DNA from: Psilocybe cubensis
Lineage: Eukaryota
DNA: 64,000 bases
NCBI GenBank assembly: GCA_017499595.2
Contig: CM038999.1
Location: forward strand, 620,001 to 684,000
Direction of reading: 5' to 3'
Both the position numbers and the translations under genes were made by a program. Shown one piece after another: positions 23,721 through 36,039 of the stretch. Below the pieces are notes generated by a model. It saw only the letters and a list, made by a program, of their open reading frames with translations, was not told the DNA's origin and made no database searches. Each line of letters starts with the position of its first letter. Within the stretch, counting starts at the first letter, position 1.

Positions 23721-26000
23721 TAGGCCATGTCTATCAATCCATCAAAGCTATTATTAAATAAACTTTTCTCTCCTCGGCCCCTTGGTCTATAAATAGTGCT
23801 CATCCTATGCTACTTTTGTGCATTGCTGGCAATGGATTGGGCGCTTTTGGGGGCATTTCTGGACCGTTTCCCTTGGTGTTTTTTGGTAGACCTATAGTTT
23901 TAGGGTGTCCCAATTTGAATCTGAAATCAGAATTGCAATATCTTTACTCATTATTGTGCAATTAAGCGTACGATGTTTTGGTCAAAAAGCGCACCTTAAA
24001 TAGCACCATCCAGGGGTTGGTATGCACCCTTTTGACTATGCCATTATTTATTATTTATGTTAGATGGAGTACATGTCAAGTTTCAGCTCAATTGGAGCAG
24101 TGGAACCTATTGAACTAGAATGTGCACCCTAGCCCTCCTCCTACCCCTTGTATAAATGCCTTCCTGATCAGATAAATTTAGGCCCAACTAGGGCTGAGTA
24201 GGCGCCTATTATACCAATTTTTAAAGCTTAAAATCTTGGTGCAATTCCAAGATTTAAGGGTACTACCCCCCATCCTCTCCAGAATTTGTATATTTTATTA
24301 TGGGATAGAATGGCCATTCCCAGCACATATAGGTATTTAAATCTGCTCTATATAGTACCACAAACGCAATACATATGTTTGAAACATTCTGGATGAAGGG
24401 GAACACTTTGGTTATGAGGCTAATAAAAAGGTATTGGATGTACAACATAATATGACCATATCACCGCTTATACTTCACCAAAATGCACATATTTTACATT
24501 CACAGATAGCTACTAAGGTCCTCTTCATATTATATTCATACTGCCAAATGACCAGAATATTTAACAAGATGGTACAAGAAGAAGAAGCATTGTTGTTCAA
24601 AAATGGAGGAAAAGCGAAATATGATGTAAAAGATAACATTTATAAAATACATAAACTATACGGCTGTGTAGCCCTAAATGACACCTATCTGTGGTATATA
24701 GACTCATGGAAATCCGATGAGTATGAGCTGAGATATGTCAAAATGTATCTCGGAGAAAGGCCAAAGAGGTGACCACAAACAAAGCATAAATAAAGGCCAA
24801 TATCCATCTGGGTCTCTGATGGGTTCTTCAACACCTTTCTTTCCATATCTCAGCAACCACTGGTCCGATGCACAACATCCTTGATGTTCTGGAAAGCTGC
24901 ATTTTGAGGCTATACTATCCTGCTTTTATATTTCCTGATCATAATCATTTATATATGGTAAATGCGAAAATACTATGCATTTTGATGAAGAATGGTATTC
25001 CCTCTGCAGCATCTCAGCTAATGGATGGATCTTTTTGCAGCCTAAGAAAGATATTTAGGGGGCAACTATAGATATCTGTAGACGTCAAGAATATGATTTA
25101 TGACAATGTATTTGTAGAGATATGGCCTGATCAATAACCTACCATACCTATCCTCATACCCCCCCTTAAATCAGTATGTTCCCTTGTTGAAGAGGGCTTT
25201 CAAGGGTAAATTTTGGACTCTATGTACTGTTAGTAATGGATCTACATGTCTTTCAATGGTCTGAGAGCCCATCCTATCCCATAATAAAATACACAAGTTC
25301 TGGAGGGAGTAGGGGGTAGTACCCTTAAATCTTAAAGTTTCACCAATATTTTAGGCTTTAAAATTGGTATAATAAGCGCCTACTTTATCCCAGTTGGGCT
25401 TGAATTTATCTGATCAGGAAGGTATTCATACAAGGGGTAGGAGGAGAGGTAGGATGCATATGCTAGTTCAATAGGTTCCACTGCTCCAATTGATCTGAAA
25501 CTTGACATGTACTCCATCTATTATAAATAAAAAATAATTGCATAGTCAAAATGGTGCATACCAGCCCCTGGATAGTGCTATTCAAGGTGCGCTTTTTGAT
25601 CAAAACATCGTATGCTTAATTGCACAATAATGAGTAAAGATATTGCAATTCTGATTTCAGTTTCGGATTGGGACACTTTAAAACTATAGGTCTACCAAAA
25701 AACACCAAGGGAAATGGTCCAGAAATGCCCCCAAAAGCGCCCAATCCATTGCCAGCAATGCACAAAAGTAGCATAGGATGAGCACTATTTATAGACCAAG
25801 GGGCCGAGGAGAGAAAAGTTTATTTAATAATAGCTTTGATGGATTGATGGACATGGCCTAGAAGTACCCACAGTGTTCCTGATTTGATGGCATGGCATCA
25901 GAAATGACCAAGCAAAGATAAGATATATTGATGTAGAACAATCTTATCAAATAACCAGGCTAGTATCTAATCAAAAGGTAATGAAAAAGCGCCCTAAAGA

Positions 26001-26858
26001 CACTGCGGGCATTGGCTTCAATAATCACCTGAGTAAATGTTGAAGTATACTTCGATATTTTCAATATTTACTCAATATGTATCATGGCTCATTAAAGGTT
26101 TAAAATATTCAACATTTACTTAGTTTTTTTTAAAAATGTAATCAGCATCCAAAACAAGTAATTATGATTCTGATTAAAGCTTGAATACATGTTGAAAGAT
26201 TAGTAATGTTGCTTATTTATATTGTTTCATGTTTTTAGCTGTCAACTACATAATATAACCCCCCAATGCCCATCCATCATTTCTTTTGAAAACATTCACA
26301 ACTTATTTTTCCATTCTCACTATACCCCCACTTTACTTTATCTACATTTCTATTCTATTCTACATGTTCCTGTTCTTCTAATAAGTAATATATATATAAT
26401 ACTCAATCCTCACACCAATAATTTTGTATCTACAGATGATCCCTCAGATATACAAATACCAATAACTAATACTCAGTAGATAGATTAGTGTAGAGAGGTG
26501 AACACCACTCACCCATGTGTCTTAGCACTCTGATTGCTTGTAGGACAATAATTATTAGATTCAAAAAAAAAGATGATTAATTAACCTTTTTAGTATGTTT
26601 TGGTCAAATATGTATATGGTAAAAAATAGTCTACCAAGTATAGTATATTCGGGTTCAAAAATTATTCAACATTTGATCGGCTGTGTTAATTAGAATATAT
26701 TCAAACTTTGTCCCTGGGTATATGTTGAAAAAAGGTTGAAATTTTGTTTTACAATTAACTAAGGGTTATACCTTGAATAAATGTTGAAAAATTAAAATAC
26801 TAAGAATATCATATATTCAAAATATACTCAGTAGTTATTGAAGCCAATGTCCGCAGTG
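26001..26858. mobile_element. CACTA/EnSpm (CMC)-type non-autonomous element nested in the right TIR
   Basis: Termini CACTG...CAGTG, 24-bp TIR with 1 mismatch, 3-bp TSD AGA confirmed against the empty site in the left arm; subterminal ttcaac/gttgaa motifs. Confidence 0.92.
26485..26559 (-). mobile_element. 75-bp Helitron-like unit, copy 2
   Basis: Minus strand reads A|TCTAATAATTATTG...GGTGAgtggtgtTCACC..CTAA|T; aligns with 10540-10614. Confidence 0.5.
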
Positions 26859-29006
26859 AGATAATGAGAAAGAAGGGTATTATCTAATGAAAAAGGCTTT
26901 GAAAAAGCGAAGTAAACTTATGAGAAATAGACCAGTCTTCTCATTATTTTGCTTTGTGATAAAACCATCAACAGTTATAAAAAGAGTGTGCTAACACTTG
27001 CTATTGTTTTATCATAAAAAGTGGTAGGGACTAGTGCTATGATTCCTTTTTTAAATTCGTTCATATCTTCAAATATATTTGATACACTCAACTGTGTTGA
27101 TTACCAGTGCGGCTTGCGTGATAGACAATCCGTTTGTTCGTATTCAAATAGTATGTATAGTACAACGCTCATCAAAGCGTATAATTCGAACTTGTTTGTA
27201 GAATCTAAAGCTAGTGGCAAGTCCTTTCTTGCGATAGGCACTTGCCAGGGATCCATCAAGGTCGTTGACGCACGACGGAGGTGTTTATGGGAACGTGGTG
27301 CGTTTAATTCTCTCTGGTCACAGCACTTCTATGTCGGTTTTTATTTTTCGTATTCCTTCCCTCGCGTAGAACCTAGGGGACGGCAAGTTATACGTCATCG
27401 GTCCTACATAAGCGATTTGAAATGGAAGAGGGATGATACATCGTTATTGGTTGGTACGTCTACTCATTCAAGGTACGTGGGAGACGATCATCCCGGTGCA
27501 TTTGTCGTAAACGTCGAAGATCGAGTTATAACGCATTGGTTACACGGACATATCGAGCCGGTTAAATGTGTCATGTGGCATCCTATGAGCGAGTCGCTTG
27601 TGTACACCGGAGGTAGAGATGGTGCTATATCCCTTTGGGATTTACGGATGAATCCATCAGTTCGTTTATCTTCGGGGTCGACTGGTCTTAGGTCTGTCGC
27701 TACTATCGTTCATGCCCATCAGGTTGTAGGATCTTCTCCGGAACCCACCATTACGGGGCTCGTGTTGCAAGACACTGCCACTTATAATGTAATAAGTAGT
27801 TGTTCCGCGAATGGGTGAGTGTTTTATCAGACGATAGAAAAGTGTGTCTCATTGTCTTTTGGTAGCTTTCTTCGATTATGGGATCTCAGATCGACTAATA
27901 CCTACCTCTCGTGCTCTAGTTTGGACCCGACCGTCTACAACCATCGCCAGTCTAGGGGTATTGTGTCGCTGGTATCGGGGGTCAAGGAATCGGACGGTAC
28001 TATATTCGGACTTGGCACCGATGCAAGGATATATGTGTATTGTGTGTTGGATCTAAACGTCTACAGTAGCCAAAACCCATGCGACAGTCTCTGGGGGAGT
28101 CCATCATTTTATGTGAAATCGTCACTCTCACCGTGTGGTCGATGGTTGGCATACGGAGGAGGGCCTCACAACGGGGATGCTTTCATTTTCAGTGTTGCAC
28201 GCGACACTCGATTAGATGTCGGACCCATCCACGCTGTGAGGTTGAGGGGGGGTTCGTCTAGCTCGTGTGGAGTGGACTGGTCCAGCGATTCATTGGCTGT
28301 CTGTGCGGAAGCTGGAAGGGTCCGTATATGGCGGTCCGACCCCGGGAAGCGGAGAGAATGTGAGATACAACCTGATATCAACAAAAATAAATGGAGTTGG
28401 GCTACGACTATTTCACAAAAACATGGTTATTATAATCGGATATAGGGTATGATATATGTAATTAGATATTAGATTGCGATGAATATCGGTCAGGTCATGG
28501 AATTATTAATAATAAAGTGGTACCATATTTCACGCAGGTCGGTTGGGTCCATTGCGGGTAGTTATCATTGCTGTTGGTAATCGAATGAAGGTTTAACCAA
28601 GGTTCATATTTCCGACATAAGTCAATACCAGTATAATGCAAAGTGACTGTAGCATGGTTCTGGTACAGAGCATAGGGGTATCGGTGCATGAGTAATCGAT
28701 ATACAGGTAAAGTATTGTTTGTTCACTGGTGCTCTACAGTAGAAACATACATGCATTTATATTTTGTGGCTACATCAGTGACTTATCAGTATTTAGTAAT
28801 CTAATCGGACAAAGGAGATCGAATAGCCGACCTTTATCTGACTATGTAATAAACCTGTCACGTGAGCATACTGACTCGCCAACGCGTACCCTATTCATCA
28901 GATTCGTGTTCTAATATTGTATACTCGTTGATATTTGATTAACATTTTCTTTCATCATGGATACATATGAACCTCTGGTACTGGATATATAACGAGTATA
29001 TACAGA

Positions 29007-29405
29007 CTATACACAAATGACTGCATAGGAACTTTATTTAAACAGAATATTAATTTAACAAAAGATGTTTAAATATAAATATATTTTACTTACGGTACAA
29101 TCCATGTCATGTTCTGTTCTTTTCCATCTGAGTCGAGAGGTTTTATGTGCAGAAGAAGTGTACACTGGAGCCCCAATCAGGTATAGTAAATGACAAGTAA
29201 TGTTATAAACTTACGTGCATGGCTTGGTGACATTTAACAATCCCATAGATACATCTGCCTTGACCGTCAATATAAAAAATTTTTACACCGATCTACAAAA
29301 ATTGTTAGTATAGATAATTCATAAAATAGATGTTTAACTAACAGGAAAGGATCCAGCGTCCTGATGAGTTTCATTTGCATTTGGAATGGATGAAGAAGTG
29401 TTCAT
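29007..29405 (-). CDS. Small 78-aa four-exon protein, not in the ORF track
   Basis: Exons 29405-29343, 29292-29215, 29164-29094 and 29031-29007 with canonical GT-AG introns give MNTSSSIPNANETHQDAGSFPIGVKNFYIDGQGRCIYGIVKCHQAMHCTLLLHIKPLDSDGKEQNMTWIVPSYAVICV*. Confidence 0.65.
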
Positions 29406-29710
29406 ACTGTAGTACATATTGTATGATAGAAACGAGTAGCAGAAGATATCGGTAATGATTAGGCTGCTAAAAGGGTATATTTATACAGGATACAGCTGCT
29501 ATGCCCTATACCCTGATGCCCGTAACCCTCTACCCTAAATCTTAACGATTTCTATTCGAATTTCTATTATTCTCATATGTAACTTAGTTTTAACTATTAT
29601 TAGATCAATATTCTTCAGATCGAACTAGACCTGTCAGCCCACCCCACCCCTGCAGTGAAAGTCCTTGTCGTAAAACAAGCTCTCAAATTTTGCTTTATCT
29701 AATTGAATAC

Positions 29711-29871
29711 ATATATATTACTCATTCAATACAGCTCCAGCTTTACGTATATTTATTAATCATTTGATACAGCCCTAGCTTTACGTGTACTTACTATTCA
29801 TTCAATACAGCACAGACTTACGTGTCCTTACGTGTATTTCTTACTCATTCAATATAGCACTGGCTTTACGT
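29711..29871. repeat. ~38-bp minisatellite, 4 units (…tactcattcaatacagc…ctttacgt)
   Basis: Directly visible. Confidence 0.85.
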
Positions 29872-30249
29872 ATAAAAATGTATAATACTAAATTAGTAAG
29901 TTTCTCTTGATATTGGTTATGCACTAACTCAAATGGAATAGAACAAGTATATATATATATATAACTAATGTTAGTTAGCAGTCAATTCTATTATATGTAC
30001 GTTCTATTTATATGATTGATTTTTATCAAATCTATCAAATATACGGTCCAACTTCTACGGAATTAGCATGTTTTTGAAACAAGTATACAAAAGTTGTTTC
30101 ATCATCATTTAGAATCTAACTGCATTTAAATTGTTTTTTTGTGGTCTAGCGGCCAACATACCTATCTAGCCGGTGTCTAGCATTTTAATTTCCGTAACCC
30201 TGCATAATGTATACTAATTTGGCAATAGTGTGATGTAACCTAAAGCAAT

Positions 30250-30365
30250 ATATTGTATTAATACAATGACAGTGGCGTTGATAGCACATATTGTATTAAT
30301 ACAATGATAGTGGCGTTGATAACACAGTATATTGTATTAATGCAATGGCAGTGGCGTTGATAGTA
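30250..30365. repeat. ~38-40-bp minisatellite, 3 units containing the palindrome ATTGTATTAATACAAT
   Basis: Directly visible; third unit has one mismatch in the palindrome. Confidence 0.9.
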
Positions 30366-30741
30366 CAGGACTATAGTAATGGAAGCAATTAAAGAAAACT
30401 AAAACAGTATTAGTAACATAGCAACAGTGATATTGATGATGATAGATTTGATAATAGTATCAATACTATAGTGATATATTAATAGAAGTATTCAAATGAC
30501 ATCGGCATATTACTAATTGCACTAATTGTATAGCAACAAATGCATTGAAAATTAGTCATTTTATTAAATGGTGAAAAAATGACACCATTTTATTAAACAG
30601 TGAGAAAATGGCGCCATTTTGTTATATTATATTAGTAATCTACTCTTGAGCTTGTCCTATTTAAAGCGTAAATTGCAATAACAAAGTTTTATTGCATCAC
30701 ATTCAAATCGTGTTTGTCGTTTATTAGTCCTTCTTGTCATT

Positions 30742-31713
30742 ATGGACTTTCTCAATTTGAATCAATATTTGGAACTTCTTCCGCCATTTGATATAATATC
30801 AAGTAAGCAATTATATTATTTATATCTAAACATATTATACTTAAATCTAATTCATTTAGAATCTTTTGGCTATCTATTAAAAGACATCAATGCCGAAATC
30901 GAAACTGCCTTCATTATGAAATATGTTCCAATCAACCAACGTTGGACTGAGCTTGACACTTTAGGTGTCTGGAACAACCAGATCAAATGGAGGCGATATC
31001 AGCATAAATGTCTTATTGACCCATGGCATTATACTTTACGCAATTTTAGCGTATGTATTACATGTCATGCTAAAGAAGCAATATTTTCTGTATTTCCTTA
31101 TGGATCTGATAGATTTCCTGGATACGGCACAATTGTCCAGGAATTTGTAGAATTTGGTTATAAAGAATATGCTATATATGCTTTAGTAAGTCATTTTACA
31201 CTATATACTAATATTTTTATATTTATTTTTGCTATTTTAGGATGCTAATTCAGAGCTGATTGAAGGTTATTGTATTGAACCAATTACCAACGACATTTAC
31301 TGGCCAACAAACGACGTATTTGTTGTTTCTGTTAGCTCTATTAGTTTTGTGGCAGCATATTACTTGCTAGAACCAATTCTAAGCAGCAAGTATGTGGTAT
31401 ATGTTGCACTTGTATCCCGTTTCATCGACAAAACAGACTGGAAGAAATTTTTGGAGTTTTTCAATATCAAGGATTCCGAGGATATTTACAAGCACATGAC
31501 CACTATCCATATTTGTATGAACCAGTTTGAACGGGAAACAATGGTACGAAATTTATTATACTTTTATATGTCCTATTAATAAATATTTATTTTTTATAGA
31601 ATCGACCTCTTTTGGTAGAGTGGCACAAATTGCAGTCAACCGCAGAATTTGTTTGGAAAATATTATATATTAAATATATGGATCACAAATTTGGTTATGA
31701 TGCTGAAATATAA
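30742..31713 (+). CDS. Hypothetical AT-rich four-exon protein
   Basis: Introns ~30803-30859, 31186-31240 and 31544-31599 join an open frame ending GYDAEI*; no domain recognised. Confidence 0.6.
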
Positions 31714-31964
31714 TCTTTAGTATATAAATTATACATATACATAATTTTACTTTTTTTTTCTTTTTGACCAGAAATAATACAGAAACAAGCAAAAACAAAT
31801 AAGTATTAAAAATTGATTATTTTGCAATGCAAACAATACAATTAAAAACAAAGAAAAAAAGTAGCACATTGGTGCATTGTGTTTCACATACAAATATATT
31901 AAGTGATGTTGCGTGCTTAAGGAGAAGTCTTACAAAAATATATTATCTTGGCTATAAAAAGCCA

Positions 31965-33365
31965 TAAGCCCTAAGAAGCTCTCTTAGAGGCTTGTCCGGA
32001 TTCTGAAAGATTTTAGGCCAAAAATTTGGCATTTTATTTTCCATTTTTTATGGATTTGATAGCATTGCAGGCTAACCATTGTCTGGATCTGATGGATTTG
32101 ATACTAAAACTGCAAATTATTAGGACATTTTCCAGTATTAAAGAATATTTGTACATTCTAAAATTCAGTTTAAATAGAAAAAATAAAATACAAAATCCAT
32201 TAAATATGCCCAAATGCCTGGACTCGTAAGTTCAGGTTTAGAATGTTAGCATATTGTACAAAAAAGAAAATTCGGACATGTCTCAACTGGCCTAGATTGC
32301 TCTAGCCAAGTGCTGTCACCACAGTGCAGTGCAGTGACAGTGCAGCATAATTTTTAGCAGTGTGACACGCTTCACAGTTATCACAGTTTACTGTGAAGTA
32401 CTGTGAAGTGACCAATGACGTCACACATAATCACGCAGTTCCTTGCCCACATACATAGCGTTTGTTACAGAAGATGGCTATGTCCAGTACTATTGTCTGA
32501 TGTTTTATTACCTACAATTCAGAATTTATTTCTGAACATTATATCCCCTTGTTAGACAGTGACCAACCCATAAGTGTAGAAGAAAAACTGTTATCATGTA
32601 ATGGATCCGACAAGATCCAAACAAGATTATGAGATTCTAGTAGAAAGTGTGATAAGATTAGATATACTCTGCAGATAAGATTAGATACAAAAACCAGTGT
32701 TTGTACTTAATAAATAAAACCATTTCGTAACACCTAAGCAACACTCTCAAGTCTCATTGTGAAAGCATAGACACATTGCTACATGTTTTTATTCACTTTT
32801 AAGTATAATATTGTATTCTTGCCACCCAGACTGAGATGTTTCTTTCCGATTGCAGAAAGTTTTATCGAAATTGCACATTTTTGAGGACAAAAATCTATTT
32901 AAGCTTTTATCAAGCTTGTGTAGGTTACTTAAAAAGTAACCTAGAAGAGAATTTTTGTTTCCAATTGTAATAGTCCTTCATTTTAAGGCCATACTAAATC
33001 ATAATGTTGAACAGAAAGAAAGGGCAGGAATTGCATAAATGTCCTTGTAACCATGGCTTGACAAAATAACATAAATTTACGGCACACTGTGCACAGCCTT
33101 CACAGTGACTGTGGTACGCTGTGCAGTATATCGGAGTGTGAAAAATCACAGTGCAGTCCTGTCCTGTGGCGGCAGCACTACTCTAGTCTTACAAAAAGAA
33201 GTTAAGATAAAGCATGTTTTTAAAAAAAAAACGCAGTGCAAGGCGAAGTTGTGTTGGAGAAGTAATATTGGCAAGGGATAGTTTAGGTCTGTTTGGTTTT
33301 GCAGATTTGAGGGCCAAAATTGGCAAAATTCCAGACAAGCTCTTAGGAAAGTTTCCCGGAGCCTG
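31965..33365. mobile_element. Old non-autonomous TIR element (hAT-like CAGG terminus), putative 6-bp TSD
   Basis: Left taagccctaagaagctctcttagaggcttgtccgga versus right (reverse complement) caggctccgggaaactttcctaagagcttgtctgga differ only by transitions; flanks AAGCCA / AAGCTG. Confidence 0.6.
32308..33180. mobile_element. hAT-type MITE nested in the 31965-33365 element
   Basis: TIR aagtgctgtcaccacag / ctgtggcggcagcacta; 8-bp TSD CTCTAGCC / CTCTAGTC; many subterminal cacag/ctgtg motifs. Confidence 0.8.
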
Positions 33366-33890
33366 AAGCTGTCTTGTCGGTAGCAGCTAGAAATGAAAAT
33401 AAGCCATTAAAATAAATCAACGGTCAAACCAAACATCTGGTCAATGATAGTATTGGTATTGGTATTATTGCCTTAGCAAAGCCCAGAGTCCAGGCCTGCC
33501 CGTCAGGGCCATTGCGAGGAATGTTATGACATCACATCTTGTCCAGCTATTTTTAAACTCGTCATCCGAACAACCCTGATGCCATCCACCCCGCCACCCC
33601 CACAGATTTGTGCGCAAACGGTTGCATTAGATGGTAGATTTATTTATAGAAATACATGTCTTTTTTATGAACCAAAACGCCCACGGAATGACCCCAAACC
33701 ACAAAAATTTTCCCTGCCGGGGCCATTCCCTGCATTGTTTGTGCTTGATGGCTCGGCACGACGGCACCGTCACAATGCCCCAGTAACCCTGCGGAAACAT
33801 CGTCTTGGGCAGTTGGGAAACTTCCCTATATGACACTTCGCACCCTTTGGCCAACTGCCGGGGTAGGATACTTCGTAACAGTCACTACAG

Positions 33891-35568
33891 GTGCACCGGA
33901 ACCCTCTCATGCTGGCCATTGAGGCTCCTGTGCTTCTGACTCGTGGAGAGCCATCACGCTGTTGTTTCCCCTTCTGTGGTCCCGCATACACATTTCTTTT
34001 ACAGACCAGGACCTGCTTCCTAATATTGCGGACCCGATTATTGAGGAGACGTTTATGGGGCCTCCTCGACTCCTGAGACCAAGAATAATAGAGATTCTTC
34101 GGCTCCGATGCGAAGCAGTGGAAGAATGGCTGCGTCGATCTGGGACCTGCCCTTTGTCCTTCTCAGTCCACTATACAAAGCACCACGTTGATACCGTAGT
34201 TCTGAGCGATTTGCGTCCAAAGTACTCGGATCTTACAAAAAGGTTGTTTAAATCTTTGGCTGGAGAGTCAAGCCAATGGAAGCAGGTTGAACTGTTAATG
34301 CCCCAGGATATCTATTTGGTTTTAGCGGAAGCCTTTGGCGAAACCACATTCACTAATCTCGTTACTTTACGGGTGACATTTTTTGACCAGGCGGGTACTC
34401 TCCCTATCAATCAACTGGTGCCAGTGAATCCGCCTCCGTTTGAGATTATCGCTCCCAAACTGGAAAGATATTCTGTCAATTTTACTCAGCTGTCCATGCC
34501 AACGATCGCATCTCCATGGGAAACTCTCAAATATCTGTCTATCCATTTGCCTATCTCTTTGTCTGAGTTGTTGTCAATTCTTAAGAGATGTCGCCGTCTG
34601 GTGCACCTCAAGATCTTCTTACCTTTAGTGCAACCTAGCTTTCATGGAATTTCTGTGAACAATCATGTCGCACAACCTGCTAGTTACCAGGACTTGAATC
34701 TGCCTGAACTTCGCTCACTGCACGTTTTTAAAATTCAAGATAATTACGTTCTAGACCCTGGATTCTTTGATAGTATCATTTCTCCACAACTCAAGATATT
34801 TTCCTACCAGTCGAATCTCCCTTTTCAACAGATCACGGCACCGGGACCTACTCTCCCTAGTCATCGTATATTTCCACCAATTTGTGCACTGTTACTCAAA
34901 TCGACTCAATTGACGAGTTTAACACTTGACATGCACTATTACCTCAGTTCAGAGATAATAACGATACTCGAAAGTGCAAGTTCCGTGACGCGTTTGATCC
35001 TCAAATCGAACTCCGCTTGCGTGGCACCCAACATCCTCACTCAGTGGGACTTTAGAGCTGTGTTTTGTGCTGATAGAGTCACTCCTGCGGCCGTGCCCTT
35101 GCTTCCTAACTTGAATATACTGGAGTTTCTCGGAAAATGCAGGGTTGCTGGGTTATCAGAAAAAAGTTTGCTTGAGTTTCTCATTCGCCGGACGAGTCCA
35201 TCGCCTCCCTCCCCATTTGCAACGCTTTGGCATGTAAGAGCTGTAATTCATGGAAAACCCCGGTTAAACGTCCTGGACGAGCTTCATAGGCATCTGAAAG
35301 AAAAAGGATTTCCACTAAATCTTAAGCTCCAGTTGAGCTACACAGGACTCGGCAATGTGACCAAGTCGGCTCTGGCAACAAGTCCTGCGTTTGAATTGGC
35401 GCAGCGCCTTGCTTTATGGAAAGTTGATCAACAAGATGAATATGTTAGTTATTTCAGATACTTTCACTGCCCATATTTATTGTCGCTTACTTGGACTTTT
35501 TGTAGACAGCAGATTGGGCTGTCGCAAGTGGCAATAATGGTAATGAGGTAACTTTACCTGGCAGATAA
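33891..35568 (+). pseudogene. 5'-truncated, frameshifted F-box protein paralog
   Basis: HRNPLMLAIEAPVLLTR followed by an apparent 13-nt deletion relative to paralogs before WRAITLLFPLLWSRIHI; long downstream ORF with EEWLRRSGTCPLSFS. Confidence 0.8.
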
Positions 35569-36039
35569 AGTCGACTGCTCGTGAACTAGACTTTCTCTCT
35601 CAAAGAAGTGGTAGTAATGGTCACTGTTCTTTATGTGTCTTTGGGCAGCCATGGGAATTTGTCGAGAATCTGAAAGGCTGCCGGCTTAAATGATTCGTAT
35701 AAAATTGAATGACGGCACGGATGTTCGAGTTTGTCTTAATTTTGCACTGTATTGATGTGAGAAATATTTTTGTGGAATATTTAATTCGGGATCCTTTTAC
35801 ATACCATTGAAGATACGATTTCTTGTAACGATTGGTGGATGAAACTTGTTGGATTAGACTTGAATAAAGGCGCGAAAGAGGAGGACCAGGGGCGCGGGAA
35901 ACTTTTACATAATGTTGCGTTTGTTTGTTTCGTTGAAAACCGGTGGCCGTGCCACTACCAAACTTATCCCTATCCACCATCCACTTTAAAAACTTAGATG
36001 CCTTCGAATTCTCACTCAAAGTCAGCTATTGACAACCCC

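Larger units (their letters stand above)
22813..27036. mobile_element. Non-autonomous foldback DNA transposon with ~900-bp TIRs and a 7-bp TSD (CTATGAT)
   Basis: 22813-24313 is the reverse complement of 25268-27036 once one nested insertion is removed from each arm; CTATGAT at 22806-22812 and 27037-27043. Confidence 0.9.
22606..28445 (+). pseudogene. CDT2: Cdt2/DTL-like WD40 DCAF gene interrupted in exon 2 by a 4.2-kb element
   Basis: WD40 repeats (HGHIEPVKCV.WHP..VYTGGRDGAISLWDLR; LRLWDLR; SFYVKSSLSPCGRWLAYGG); exon 1 (22606-22738) plus exon 2 read in frame (ASMIPFLNSFISSN) once 22813-27043 is removed. Confidence 0.8.

Noticed and set aside
24434..25071. ORFs in the foldback core as transposase remnants
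   Set aside because: No DDE or other transposase motif recognisable on either strand by eye
29512..29540. Degenerate telomere-like CCCTAA motifs
   Set aside because: Too few and too irregular to call an interstitial telomere
29711..30365. CRISPR-like appearance of the ~38-bp repeats
   Set aside because: Units are contiguous with no unique spacers, no cas genes are present, and the DNA is eukaryotic
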